NCBI GenBank assembly: GCA_000175855.1
Contig: ACYB01000005.1
Span: 30,001 to 62,000 of the forward strand
From: Raphidiopsis brookii D9
Lineage (GTDB): Bacteria; Cyanobacteriota; Cyanobacteriia; Cyanobacteriales; Nostocaceae
Length of the DNA stretch: 32,000 nucleotides
Direction: 5' to 3'
Made by a program: the position numbers and the translations under genes. The notes beneath the pieces are model-generated. The model saw only the letters and a list, made by a program, of their open reading frames with translations. It was not told where the DNA came from and searched no databases. Shown here one piece after another: positions 10,130-21,950 of the stretch (position 1 is the stretch's first letter; each line of letters starts with the position of its first letter).

Positions 10130-10803
10130 AGGGTGGAACTGGAATAAGTGGTGGGTGCGATCGTACCTAAACGCTGACATAGAGAGTAAAAAGAGGTTTT
10201 ATTATTGGTTACTTCCGTGGTCATTTGTATTAGTGGCACCTGTTTATTGCCAAGATTATGACTTATGGAAGATGAGGTGGATTTATTAATTGAGATTTGT
10301 TGAGTAAAATCAATATCTGCTCTAAAAACTCGTATGGACAAAAGATAACTCTCATTTTTGGAACTTGTGGCAATTGTACCCGCTTGAATATAAAACAAAT
10401 TATTGGAATTATTTTGGCATCCCGTAAAACTAATTATGCCATTTTGGTTATAACAATATAAGCCATTTGCTGATGTTGGTGCTGGCATTTGCGAGCTGGT
10501 AATCAAATAATCTTGGGGACTGGTAGAAATATTCCTGGGAGCTTGTTGACTAGGAGTAATTTCAGATATTACTTGTGGCGTGACAATGGAACCCATTTTC
10601 ACCCCATTAACAAATGATGTTACTGCTTGAGCAGCCATTTCCACGCGCCGTGCTTGCATACGGATGGCTGTGGACATAATCCATATTGGAGTGATTACCA
10701 TTAATAATAAAGATACAGTGGAAATGGCCACTAGTGATTCTAAAACAGTAAAACCATCATATTCTGAATAACAGGGTAAATATTTTTTGAGATGACTTAG
10801 CAT
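10120..10803 (-). CDS. hpsB: HpsB-like pseudopilin (PilV-type)
   Basis: Prepilin motif YDG|FTVLESLVAISTVSLLLMVITPIW; immediately downstream of hpsA on the same strand. Confidence 0.7.
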   Translation of the reverse strand: MLSHLKKYLPCYSEYDGFTVLESLVAISTVSLLLMVITPIWIMSTAIRMQARRVEMAAQAVTSFVNGVKMGSIVTPQVISEITPSQQAPRNISTSPQDYLITSSQMPAPTSANGLYCYNQNGIISFTGCQNNSNNLFYIQAGTIATSSKNESYLLSIRVFRADIDFTQQISINKSTSSSISHNLGNKQVPLIQMTTEVTNNKTSFYSLCQRLGTIAPTTYSSSTLCQ

Positions 10804-10829
10804 ATTTTTAAAAATAATCTAAGAATAAT

Positions 10830-13800
10830 CTAAAAACAATTAAATCGTTGATCTGGATCAACAGCGTAGGTTGCATCACTGGTTTGTTTGGCACATAAAA
10901 GGGTTTGAATCCATTCATCATCTCGACCAACTTGACGAAAATAGTCTTTGGATAACTTTTGTGATTTTATAGGAATTTTTTGGGCAAATAAATCCAGTGG
11001 TTGAGATAAAAGTCCCACATCATAATGCCATTGTCGTCTAGGTGGAAGATGCCCAGAACTTCTACCAAAATTCACGGCAATTTTGTATTGAAAATCCTGG
11101 GGTTGACTGTTAATAGATGTGCTATAGGTTCCCGTGGCATAGTTACTCCTTTTCATTTGAATAAATGCACCATTGATTGTCAGATCTATAGGGGTAGTAT
11201 TAGGGCTCCAATTTTCCAATAAGCGGAGTAAGTTGGGTAACCCCCATTATCTTCCATTGGACGAGCTGGATTGTCTCCCGTAGCAGCAATAAAATTCACA
11301 GTAGTTGGGGTTGCTATCTGTAACCAATGACTATGTGAACCATTGGTAATGCTGTTAGTGTTATGGGGGTCAGTTAGGGTGGCAAAGGGTTGATTAATTT
11401 GTAAAACTGGTTGCCAAAAACCATTGAAATCAGGTGTTAACCAGGGAATGAGAAATCCTTGATTATTTTCATTGACAGCTAATCTTGGTAAGGTGTTACC
11501 TGAAAAAGCAAAAGTTTTAATTATCTGATTATTATCCACTCCATAAACAGTTAGGGGTTGAAGTAATTTACCTGTTGCCAGATTTCTTTTGAAAGCAATT
11601 CTTTTAGGCAAGTTTATGGCTTCCCAACCATTAGATGGTGGATGATTATAACCAAGACTTCCAGTTTTAATGGCAGTTATTGGTAGACCCTCTATATTAC
11701 CTTCTGGTTGTGCATTGTATTCACTTCTAGAAAATCTACTAATTACCCATTGTGTTGGGTCATTGTTACATATATCAGTATTAGACACTAGACAAACCTC
11801 TAACAGAAATTCTCTAGCTGGTATTTGTTTAACTATGGGTGTGACAAAGTTGTGAAAATAGGAACTACCTTGTGTACCGTTAGTTGTGGGATCCAGATCG
11901 ATATTTGGTATACCATTGATATCATAATTTCGGGTTACTGTGGGAGCATAAGTGTTATATTCAAAGTTGGGAGGACGATTATTTAGGGATGCAGTATGGC
12001 CAATATAATTATTCCAATCATAGTCTCCTTCATTGCGAAACCCAAATCTAAAGTTCTGAGAAAGTAAGGTAATGGAATCTGCTAATATGGCAGCATTTCG
12101 CCACTCATCACCTACAGTACAAATAGATGGTCCAGAATCACTAGGAATTAGTTTAGGATCGCCAGGACGACAAGCAAATTGACGGTTTACCTGACTACGA
12201 TTGTAAAAATTACTCCAATCAGCTGCTAAGGTACTGGTAAATTCTTCTTGGGTATGTCTATTGAAATCACCTTTAATATAAACCGGTAAGTTAGAAGCTA
12301 AAATCAAACCCTTTTCCTGTCTTATAAATGTATTACTTGATCCACGGAAAAGTTTAGTTGGTGAACCATCACTAGTGGTAATTAGAATCCCATTAGGACG
12401 ACGAGTAGGATCAAGTTTATAATCCAGAGAACTTTCTGATTTAGCAGATATTCCTCCACTGCTATCTGGTAGAGCATCATCCCGAGTCGCATAAATAATT
12501 CCACTATTGGGTAATAAATACTCATCGGTTGATATTCTGGTTGTGCGTAGCTGATTTAAGTCTATGACTGTAGCACGAATTTCTAACGGTTGTCTATCTC
12601 TCAGAGGTAAATCGTAGGGTAAATTACTATCCATTTGTACCCGGTTTGAGGTTTGATTAGCTCTGATTTCTCTGGAATCTAAAAAAGCTATTTCCTTAAT
12701 TGCACCATGGGGAATGGGAGGGTTACTCAGAGGACTTATACTACCATCCATAATTTGTAAAGCACATAAGGCAGTATCTATGGCAGACTTTTCTGATAAG
12801 GAATAGTTGTTTTTTGCTAAAGCATTTCTCAAAGGTTCATTTACCCAACGTCCATTAGGATATTGCAACTCGGCTTGATATCTGAGTAAATTTGCATAAG
12901 CATTAACATTTCTAGTGGGAGGTGGATAAACAATACCATTGTTTGATAATCCCTGGGGAGATTTTTCTATTCCTCCTGCATTGGGTAAGCTCATCATATT
13001 TGTTGCTGTGCTGCTATTTGTAGGAAGATAAAAACTACTAATGCAAGCTATGGGGGTGGGGTTAGTCTGGTTATAGTTAGTAGATTTATAGTGGTAAACC
13101 ACCGTAGCTCGCATTTTTAAATAGGGGGTTGTAATGTCTGTTTCAGAAAGTTTAGGTAGGGTAAATTTTAAGGATGAATCATACATCCAGTAGGGATCAA
13201 TGGTTGTATTTGGGTATTCTTGAGATGTTTGTGGTATGGGTAAGATATCGGACCAAATTTTTGTTGAAACATCTACAAAGTTCGTGCTAGAAGCAGTATG
13301 ATTTCTGGGTAAATATATTCCAGAACCAGTAACCACACGCAAACCACCAATGAAATTTTCCTGTTGTGGATTTTGGGGTACTTGTGCTGCTGCATATTCC
13401 CAATCTCCATCCCTTTCTATTGCAGCTAAATCAGCTAAGTTATGCAGGGTGGTATAACGAGTTCTTGGTTGATTACTTAGATCCCAATTAATATCTTTGA
13501 GGTTTTGAGTGTGGTTAATATCGGTGGTAAAAAAGCGATTTTGTGGATAGTTCCACCACATTTGGGGTAGATTGTGACCAACTATAACCCGGTCTCCTAA
13601 ATACTGCTCTACTCCCCCTAGTTGTTTTTGCAGTTGCTCCATGGGTTCTGTTGCACTAGGTTTGAGTAAATTACCACCAATATTCCCACTAATATTTAAT
13701 GATAATTCACTATGATTAGTTCCTGTAATTCCATCACTAGCAAATGGATAAATCCATCGATCTATGGGACGCAGGGTATCACCAGTACCTTGTAAGGGAT

Positions 13801-15211
13801 TATGGATCTTATTTACATCGCTCTGTTCACTGCCAAAAGGTACTTCTTGAAAAGGCACACGGCGGGTGCGTTTTTGAAAATAGAGTTCTAATTCTTTACG
13901 GCGAATTTGGTCATACTGATCGTTTGTATATGCTGTTCCTAATTGCCTTTGTTTTTTGGTGATTCCCTGTTTTACTTCTTGGGGGTCGGTGGTCAAAGAA
14001 TTGGCTAGTTGGGTATCTACTAACTTATTAATTCTTTTTACATAAGCCAGACTGTTATAGGCTATGCTTCGTGGTGAATTAGTAACTGATTTATGGTCTC
14101 TAATTCTGGGGTTGTATCCCGCAACTGTTTCTGGATTTATGCCTTTATCCTTAAATAAATCTATGGTGGTTGCTATGGATAAATCTGTATTATCTGTAAA
14201 TCCACCCGCTGCTAAATTCCCACCTACGATAATTTTGGAGTTTTCTGGTTCGTAAAAGCAAGAACTCTGACTACTAATTTGATAGAGTCTAATTGAGCGG
14301 GAAGCTGAACCAGTTAACAAGTTACTATTGGTAAAAATTCTGCCATTAATTCTGAAGTCTTCATTGCCAGTAATTTGTAAGTCATCTTCATAAACAATGG
14401 CGTTGTTACTAGATGGAAGTTGGATTCTCTCTTGCTTATATTCTAGAGCATAAAATGCTTTATTTTCTGAGGATATTTCATAGTTAATTTGATTTTGTGT
14501 GGGTATGGTCATCTGGCTAGTAATGGGAACTGTAACAGTATAAACAAAAAAGGCTTTTCTCATTTGTCTACCGATTATTAACCACCCGTTTGTATCTACT
14601 AAATTACCACTTATTGAATTGAAATCCTGACATCGAGAATTAAAATCGATTGGATTTATAGGTAAAGATCTAGCTTCTAAAGTGTTTCTAGCTCGTATGT
14701 ATTGCTGATTGCTTTGAGGAGGATTTTTAAAATAAATGCCATAAAGAGTGTAACTGTCAAATTTACCATTGTTATTAGTGTCTACGGGAAATTTCCAGGC
14801 GGTTTTTAAGGGTTCGTAGTTTTGCAAGTTCAGGGTCAGATTAGTCTCATCACCAAAGGTATATTCGTCTAGGTGATTCACTAGGTTATTATATAAGTCT
14901 TGATCTGAAGGTAAAAATTGGGTAATTCTAGGATCTGCCAACATTTGGTTAATCTTGGCTCTTCCCCTATCTATTGCGGGAGTCGCTGCATTGATTACTG
15001 TTTGATTAATCCTGGTATTATGAGCATGTTTAGCTCTTTCAAAGGAGCGAAATATAATTGCCATTGTTAGTAACATTAGGACCAGGATAACCATGGTTGT
15101 TGTGGGCAATACAAATCCTTGGTTTTTTAAGGTTTGTCTCCTTTGATATTTCAAAATAATTTTTAAAAACCATTTTATAAAGCTTTTTATAGCTCTTGCT
15201 AAAATAGACAC
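10830..15211 (-). CDS. hpsA: Hormogonium polysaccharide protein HpsA, interrupted by one apparent frameshift near 11225
   Basis: ORF 11186..15211 (1341 aa; GFVLPTTTMVILVLMLLTMAIIFRSFERA, ATPAIDRGRAKINQML) continues into ORF 10830..11219 (LLENWSPNTTPI...WHYDVGLLSQPLDLFAQ...VGRDDEWIQTLLCA). Adding 1 nt restores one frame of 4383 nt (1460 aa). Confidence 0.8.
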
Positions 15212-15218
15212 AACTTGA

Positions 15219-15226
15219 GCGATCGC
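15219..15226. repeat. HIP1 octamer GCGATCGC (one of 9 found in the window)
   Basis: Exact matches read at 2649-2656, 4546-4553, 15219-15226, 15648-15655, 18681-18688, 21413-21420, 25428-25435, 30697-30704 and 30877-30884. Confidence 0.9.
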
Positions 15227-15510
15227 CTTAGCAGATTTTTTTAGTGATGATCCGGTAAGAATGACACTTTTTAGCCATAACTATGAGTCCCCCTCCATAA
15301 GCCCATGACTTTTGAGTAATTGGGTTAGTTGGATAAACTTAATATATCCAACATATCTAATATAGATTGTTATCTCTTGGCGGGGATTTTATGTACAGTA
15401 TTTACACTGTTTTTTAAAAAAAAGGACTGAATATTGAAAATTGGGAATTCACTGAAGGAATCTTGGGTATGATAGATTTTTGTCAGCAATCCCCTAATTA
15501 AAATCCCCTA

Positions 15511-18045
15511 ATGAAAAACCATAAGATCAAAAACATCAAACTCCCCGAACTCCTAGCACCTGCGGGTAACTGGGAATGTGCAAAAGCAGCAGTAGAAAAT
15601 GGTGCGGATGCAATTTATTTTGGTTTAGACAAATTTAACGCCAGAATGCGATCGCACAATTTTACTATTAGTGACTTACCGGAATTAATAGAATTTTTAC
15701 ACTTACGGGGAGTGAAGGGATACGTTACCTTAAACACCCTAGTTTTCACTTCAGAACTCCAGGAAGTGGAGCAATACCTCAAAACCATGATTACCGCTGG
15801 TGTGGATGCTGTGATTGTTCAGGATGTGGGTATTTGTCGTCTGATTCGTCATCTTTCTAGTGATTTTCCTATTCATGGGTCAACCCAAATGACTATTACC
15901 AGTGCTGCTGGGGTGGATTTTGCTAAATCTCTGGGATGTCAATTAGTTGTTTTAGCGCGAGAGTGTTCAATTAGTGAGATTAATAAAATTCAACAACAAA
16001 TATTAGAGAAAAACATCCCCTTACCTTTAGAGATATTTGTACATGGTGCATTGTGTGTTGCTTATTCTGGACAATGTTTAACCAGTGAAGCGTTGGGGGG
16101 ACGCTCCGCAAACAGAGGAGAATGTGCTCAAGCTTGTAGAATGCCTTATGATTTAATAGCAGATGAGAAAATTGTTGACCTAGGTAATCGCAAATATTTA
16201 CTCAGTCCTCAGGATCTTTCTGGAATAGAGGTATTACCGGAGCTAGTAAACTGTGGAGTAACATGTTTAAAAATTGAAGGTAGATTAAAAACACCTGAAT
16301 ACGTTGCTAACGTTACTCAGGTTTATCGACAAGCATTAGATAAAATTGCCAAATTATGTGATATTCATGTAACTGCTACATCTCAATATATTACAGATAA
16401 CCACGATTATAAAAGTTATAACAAGTATCCCTTAGAGATGGCTTTTTCCCGTGGACTTTATACGGGATGGTTGAAAGGTATTAATAATCAAGAATTGGTA
16501 CATGCAAATTTTGGCAAAAAACGCGGGGTTTATGTGGGAGAGGTAACGCGCATTAAAAATGAACAAATAACTTTAAAAATAGTTGCACCTATTAAAGCTG
16601 GTGATGGAGTGGTATTTGACTGTGCACATCCGGAATTACCAGAAGAAGGAGGGAGGGTATACACAGTCACACAAAAAGGAAAAAAAGAAGTAGTGTTAAC
16701 TTTTGGTAGGGATGCTATCAATCCCAGCAAGATTCATATAGGTGATAAGATTTGGAAAACCAGTGACCCAGAATTAGATAAAGCAATTCGTCAAACCTAC
16801 ACAGGAGAAAATGCCAATTTTACCCAACCAATTCATCTAGAATTATTTGGGGAAACAGGAGAAAAATTAATAGCTATAGTTGGGGATGAAATTGGTAATA
16901 TTGTCAAAGTAGAATCAGAAATGCTGCTAGTTGAGGCTCATACTAAACCCTTAACTACAGAAAAATTGCAAGAACAATTTGGACGTTTGGGGAATACACC
17001 ATTTCATTTAGGAACTTTGAAAAACAAAATTATGGGTAATGCGATTTTACCGGTTAGTCAGTTGAATAAAATGCGTCGAGAACTGGTGACAAGATTGCAA
17101 ATTCTTAGAAGTAAACCCCAAGTTTGGCAGATAAATCATGATCATCAATGGCAAGATATGCTCAAGATTGTCACAGATGATAAGAGTGTAACTAATTCAG
17201 GTGTTTCTTTGATAATACTAGTCAGGAGCATGAAACAACTCATGGCTGTGTTAGATTCAAATATTGAAACAATATATTGTGAATTTGAAGATCCTCGTAA
17301 ATATCAAGCCGCAGTAAAACTCTGTAGGGATACCCAAAAATCTTTTAACCTATATATTGCACCTCCTCGCATTACTAAACCAGGTGAAAATTGGATTTTG
17401 AAACAGCTAAAAGATTGTCAAGTAGATGGTTACTTAGTTAGGAACTATGACCACTTAGAATATTTTAGTGGTGCAAAGTGTATTGGTGATTTTTCTCTAA
17501 ATATTGCTAATCCCTTAACTGCGGACTATTTTCAAAAACAGTTTAACCTGGAACGATTAACTGCTTCCTATGACTTGAATATTAATCAACTCATGGATTT
17601 AATTACCAGTTATACGCCAAGATTTTTAGAGGTAACCATACATCAACATATCCCCATGTTCCATATGGAACACTGTGTATTTTGTGCCTTTCTCTCCCAG
17701 GGAACAGATTACACAAATTGTGGTCGTCCCTGTGAAAAACAAGAACTAAAAATTCGTGATAGAGTAGGTAGCGAGCATATAGTCAAAGCAGATACGGGAT
17801 GCAGAAATACTGTATATAATGGCACTGCACAAACTGGAGCAGAATATATACAAAAACTAATTAGTGTGGGGTTGAAAAATTTCAGAATTGAATTTCTCCA
17901 GGAAACACCAGAACAGGTAACCCAAACCATCAATTATTATCAACAACTGATTCAAGGGGAAATCACCGGTTCACAACTTTGGAAAACCTTAAAATTACAA
18001 AGTCAACTTGGTGTAACTCGTGGTGCATTAACCAATCACTATTGA
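15511..18045 (+). CDS. U32 family peptidase (collagenase-like / rRNA-hydroxylation type)
   Basis: LPELLAPAGNWECAKAAVENGADAIYFG, the U32 signature GGRSANRGECAQACRMPYDL, and C-terminal Cys motifs HCVFCAF...CGRPCEKQ; 844 aa. Confidence 0.9.
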   Translation: MKNHKIKNIKLPELLAPAGNWECAKAAVENGADAIYFGLDKFNARMRSHNFTISDLPELIEFLHLRGVKGYVTLNTLVFTSELQEVEQYLKTMITAGVDAVIVQDVGICRLIRHLSSDFPIHGSTQMTITSAAGVDFAKSLGCQLVVLARECSISEINKIQQQILEKNIPLPLEIFVHGALCVAYSGQCLTSEALGGRSANRGECAQACRMPYDLIADEKIVDLGNRKYLLSPQDLSGIEVLPELVNCGVTCLKIEGRLKTPEYVANVTQVYRQALDKIAKLCDIHVTATSQYITDNHDYKSYNKYPLEMAFSRGLYTGWLKGINNQELVHANFGKKRGVYVGEVTRIKNEQITLKIVAPIKAGDGVVFDCAHPELPEEGGRVYTVTQKGKKEVVLTFGRDAINPSKIHIGDKIWKTSDPELDKAIRQTYTGENANFTQPIHLELFGETGEKLIAIVGDEIGNIVKVESEMLLVEAHTKPLTTEKLQEQFGRLGNTPFHLGTLKNKIMGNAILPVSQLNKMRRELVTRLQILRSKPQVWQINHDHQWQDMLKIVTDDKSVTNSGVSLIILVRSMKQLMAVLDSNIETIYCEFEDPRKYQAAVKLCRDTQKSFNLYIAPPRITKPGENWILKQLKDCQVDGYLVRNYDHLEYFSGAKCIGDFSLNIANPLTADYFQKQFNLERLTASYDLNINQLMDLITSYTPRFLEVTIHQHIPMFHMEHCVFCAFLSQGTDYTNCGRPCEKQELKIRDRVGSEHIVKADTGCRNTVYNGTAQTGAEYIQKLISVGLKNFRIEFLQETPEQVTQTINYYQQLIQGEITGSQLWKTLKLQSQLGVTRGALTNHY

Positions 18046-18053
18046 ATTGAGTA

Positions 18054-19502
18054 TCAATAACCGAAAATACTGCCACTGCGTGGAGGAATATTGACCTCAA
18101 TATTCTTCTCGCTCCAGAATACTTCCCCCTTACCATACAGCAACTTGCTTAATTTATTTGCCAACTTACTACTATCTATACTAGCTTTAACTGATTCCTC
18201 ACCTATATTGACAGCAATCATTAACTCCTGATTTTCCCAAGTTCTAACAAACACATATAATGTGGTGTCCGCATAAATAACTTGATAATCTCCTATCCTT
18301 AAAGCTGGATATTGATGACGCAAGGAAATTAACTGTTTATGAGTTTTCAGGATTTCTAAGTTCCATTTATCAATTATAGGAAACCCTCGACGACAATCGG
18401 GGTCTAACCCACCAGGTAAGCCAACTTCGTCTCCATAATATATACTGGGCGATCCAGGAAATGTCAATAGTAATAGGGTTGCCAATTCAACAGATGTAAT
18501 ATCACCACCAGCAATAGAAATTAATCTGGCTGTATCATGACTTGCCAGTAAATTTAGTTGGGTTAGTTGAATTTCCCATGGGTACAGCTTTAATAGTTCC
18601 TGCATTTTCTCAGCATACTCAGCTGCAGATAAAGGTGGAAAAGCTTCATAATCACGTCTTTTTACCATTTCTAATTGCACGCGATCGCCTGCAGTAAAAG
18701 CAATAGTAGGACCAGTAAATAGATAATTCATTACGCCATCAAATTGGGTTCCATCTAACCACTGACGGGAATCTTTCCACACCTCTCCCACAATATAGGC
18801 ATTGGGATTAATGGCTTTCACCCGTTCTCGGAATTCTTGCCAAAACCCAGGAGTTTCAATTTCATTAGGTACATCTAAACGCCATCCATCAATGCCAAAT
18901 TTTATCCAATATTCGGCAATTTGCATAATATATTCCCGCACATCTGGATGATCATGATTAAATACTGGTAAAGAACGAATATCTGCCCAACTTTCATAAT
19001 TTGCTGGTGCATCACCTGTATAGGGTGCAAGTGGCCAACCTTGGATCTTAAACCAGTCTACCCAGGGAGAATGGGGTCCATTCTCTAATATATCATGGAA
19101 GAAGAAAATCCCTCGACTTGCATGATTAAAAACTCCATCTAACACAATCTTGATATTGCGTTTATGCGCCTCGTTTAACAACTCTCTAAAAGCTCCATTT
19201 CCCCCTAATAACGGATCCACTTGATAGTAGTCATGGGTATGATAACGGTGATTACTTGCAGACTGAAAAATAGGAGTAAAGTAAATAGCATTAACTCCCA
19301 AGTTTTCTATATGGTCTAATTTTTCTAAAACACCCCACAAATCTCCACCTTTATAACCTTGTAAAGTGGGGGGAGCATCCCAATCTTCCCATTGGGGATT
19401 ACTTAATAAACTAGGTTTAAATTGTTTACCTTTAGCAAATCTGTCAGGGAAGATCTGATAGAAAATGGCGTGCTTGACCCAGTCCGGTGTGTGAATCTGC
19501 AT
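18054..19502 (-). CDS. GH13 alpha-amylase family glycosyl hydrolase (neopullulanase/cyclomaltodextrinase-like)
   Basis: HAIFYQIFPDRFAKG, GVNAIYFTPIF, VLDGVFNHASRG, GIDGWRLDVPNEI, AYIVGEVW, LLASHDTARL. Confidence 0.9.
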   Translation of the reverse strand: MQIHTPDWVKHAIFYQIFPDRFAKGKQFKPSLLSNPQWEDWDAPPTLQGYKGGDLWGVLEKLDHIENLGVNAIYFTPIFQSASNHRYHTHDYYQVDPLLGGNGAFRELLNEAHKRNIKIVLDGVFNHASRGIFFFHDILENGPHSPWVDWFKIQGWPLAPYTGDAPANYESWADIRSLPVFNHDHPDVREYIMQIAEYWIKFGIDGWRLDVPNEIETPGFWQEFRERVKAINPNAYIVGEVWKDSRQWLDGTQFDGVMNYLFTGPTIAFTAGDRVQLEMVKRRDYEAFPPLSAAEYAEKMQELLKLYPWEIQLTQLNLLASHDTARLISIAGGDITSVELATLLLLTFPGSPSIYYGDEVGLPGGLDPDCRRGFPIIDKWNLEILKTHKQLISLRHQYPALRIGDYQVIYADTTLYVFVRTWENQELMIAVNIGEESVKASIDSSKLANKLSKLLYGKGEVFWSEKNIEVNIPPRSGSIFGY

Positions 19503-19675
19503 AAATCTAGGTAAAAAGTGAAGATTTTTGCCAGCATAACATATAACTTTAGACTGTTGCTCTTATGTTATTTTTTATATTATCTTTAAGTGCAAAATTT
19601 TACAATGCCTATACATATAGCTTAGAAATAAATTAATGCATAAAAGTAAATAAAACTGAATTGAGGATAGTAAAA

Positions 19676-20290
19676 ATGTCTTACAGTGATTTTAAGTTAA
19701 GCCAAGTTGTTGACGACTTTGGATTGACAATTAATGAAAGGTCGGGACTGTTTGCAGAACATCCCCAGACAGAATGTAGTGATTTATTGAAGATCATTCT
19801 CAGCGAAAGTATTGATTTAGCAGTTGCAATTAATACAGAAAAAGCTCGTTCGGAAATGATCATTAGTCCAGTTTTACTGGAAGTAAGGCGAAAATTAAAT
19901 TATCAAATCAGCTTGTTTTCCGGAATTGATTTTAATGTTGATCCTCAACGAGGACTAAATGGGTTTTGTGATTTTCTCATCAGTCTTTCTCAAGAACAAC
20001 TTTTTGTTCGTGCACCTGTGCTTACCCTAGTGGAGACTAAAAATGAAAATCTCAAATCTGGCTTAGGACAGTGTATAGCGGAAATGATAGCAGCTCAAGA
20101 GTTCAATAGACAAAAACAAAATCAGCAGATAAAGATTGTTTATGGTGTGGTGACAATTGGTACTATTTGGCAGTTTTTACAACTAGAAAATCAAGTGGTT
20201 TCTATTGATTTAAGCGAATACTATATCAAGGATGTAAACAAAATTCTAGGAATATTAATCAGTACAATTAATAATATAACTAGAATATAA
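19676..20290 (+). CDS. Hypothetical protein, possible PD-(D/E)XK nuclease-like fold
   Basis: Complete ORF. VLTLVETKNENLKSGLGQCIAEMIAAQ fits an E-x-K catalytic strand followed by the Q-containing helix. Start set at MSYSDF; the ORF track starts at 19661. Confidence 0.6.
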   Translation: MSYSDFKLSQVVDDFGLTINERSGLFAEHPQTECSDLLKIILSESIDLAVAINTEKARSEMIISPVLLEVRRKLNYQISLFSGIDFNVDPQRGLNGFCDFLISLSQEQLFVRAPVLTLVETKNENLKSGLGQCIAEMIAAQEFNRQKQNQQIKIVYGVVTIGTIWQFLQLENQVVSIDLSEYYIKDVNKILGILISTINNITRI

Positions 20291-20426
20291 CTAGTTGATA
20301 CATGTAAATATTAAATAAGGGATGTGAAAATTCTTGGCTAACATTCTTTGATCCCCCCCTCTTATCATTTGTAACCCATAGTCCTAAACTAAAGATGAGA
20401 GTTGAAAGGTAGTCTGGAGAAATTTT

Positions 20427-21716
20427 GTGAAAAGAGTTTTAGCAATCATTCTAGGTGGGGGAGCGGGTACAAGACTGTACCCCCTGACTAAGCTCAGGGC
20501 TAAACCAGCAGTACCTGTGGCTGGTAAATACCGGTTAATAGATATCCCCGTTAGTAACTGTATAAATTCAGAGATTTTTAAAATTTATGTTCTTACACAG
20601 TTTAACTCAGCGTCCCTAAATCGTCATATTGCTCGTGCTTACAATTTTAGTGGCTTCAGCGATGGTTTTGTAGAGGTACTAGCAGCACAACAAACTCCGG
20701 AAAACCCCAATTGGTTCCAGGGAACCGCTGATGCTGTACGTCAGTACATTTGGATGTTAGAGGAGTGGGATGTAGATGAATTTCTGATTCTTTCTGGTGA
20801 TCATCTATATCGGATGGATTACCGTTTATTTGTCCAGCGTCATCGGGAAACCAATGCTGATATTACCCTTTCCGTAATTCCCATAGATGGTCGTCGGGCC
20901 TCGGATTTTGGTTTAATGAAAATTGACAATGGTGGTCGGGTAATTGACTTCAGCGAGAAACCCAAAGGTGAAGCTCTGGCAAAAATGCAGGTAGACACCA
21001 CTATTTTGGGTCTAACCAGCGAAGAAGCCCGATCACAACCCTACATTGCCTCCATGGGCATTTATGTCTTTAAAAAAGACGTTCTCATCAAACTTTTAAG
21101 GGAGTCCCTAGAAAAAACCGATTTTGGCAAAGAAATTATCCCCGACGCTGCCAAAGATCACAATGTTCAAGCATATCTATTTGATGGTTATTGGGAAGAT
21201 ATAGGTACAATTGAAGCCTTCTACAATGCTAACCTGGCCCTAACCCAACAACCAGTCCCTCCCTTTAGCTTCTATGATGAGGAAGCACCCATTTATACCC
21301 GCGCTCGCTACCTACCACCTTCCAAATTATTGGACTGCGATATCAAAGAATCCATGATTGGCGAAGGCTGTATTTTGAAAAACTGCCGCATTCAGCATTC
21401 GGTATTGGGAGTGCGATCGCGTGTAGAGTCAGGTTCCATAGTTGAGGAATCTTTAATTATGGGTTCAGACTTTTACCAACCCTCCGTGGAACGAGTATGC
21501 AACCTAGATAAAGGAGACATTCCTTTAGGTATTGGTACGGATACAATCATTCGCCGAGCGATCATTGATAAGAATGCCCGAATTGGTCATAATGTCAGGA
21601 TAATCAACAAAGACAACGTCCAGGAAGCGGAGCGAGAAAAACAAGGTTTCTACATCCGTAGCGGTATAGTTGTCGTTTTAAAAAATGCTGTTATTCCCGA
21701 TGGAACTATCATCTAG
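20427..21716 (+). CDS. glgC: Glucose-1-phosphate adenylyltransferase
   Basis: [85 protein letters not shown]; 429 aa. Confidence 0.97.
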   Translation: MKRVLAIILGGGAGTRLYPLTKLRAKPAVPVAGKYRLIDIPVSNCINSEIFKIYVLTQFNSASLNRHIARAYNFSGFSDGFVEVLAAQQTPENPNWFQGTADAVRQYIWMLEEWDVDEFLILSGDHLYRMDYRLFVQRHRETNADITLSVIPIDGRRASDFGLMKIDNGGRVIDFSEKPKGEALAKMQVDTTILGLTSEEARSQPYIASMGIYVFKKDVLIKLLRESLEKTDFGKEIIPDAAKDHNVQAYLFDGYWEDIGTIEAFYNANLALTQQPVPPFSFYDEEAPIYTRARYLPPSKLLDCDIKESMIGEGCILKNCRIQHSVLGVRSRVESGSIVEESLIMGSDFYQPSVERVCNLDKGDIPLGIGTDTIIRRAIIDKNARIGHNVRIINKDNVQEAEREKQGFYIRSGIVVVLKNAVIPDGTII

Positions 21717-21739
21717 TTAGGGAACTAACCTAGCAATAT

Positions 21740-21757
21740 CCCCACAAGCTTGTGGGG
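21740..21757. terminator. Perfect 18-bp palindrome CCCCACAAGCTTGTGGGG downstream of glgC
   Basis: Perfectly self-complementary, 24 nt after the glgC stop. No clear U-run, so the terminator role is uncertain. Confidence 0.45.
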
Positions 21758-21950
21758 GTAATCTCTCCCAACTAACTAACCTCTAAAGTACCATAATTAC
21801 TCTGGAAGTGTGAGGGAAAACAAAAATAAATTTTTGCCATGCTTTGCTAATTTAGGATCACTATCTTATCCTAAAAAAGACATGACCTATATTTCTCCTA
21901 TATTGTATTATAGTAATGTATTGTAGTAAGTAGTAACAGGAGGCTTGTGG

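Noticed and set aside
15393-15405. Possible NtcA-type box GTACAGTATTTAC upstream of the U32 gene
   Set aside because: Spacing is GTA-N7-TAC, not the GTA-N8-TAC expected for NtcA.
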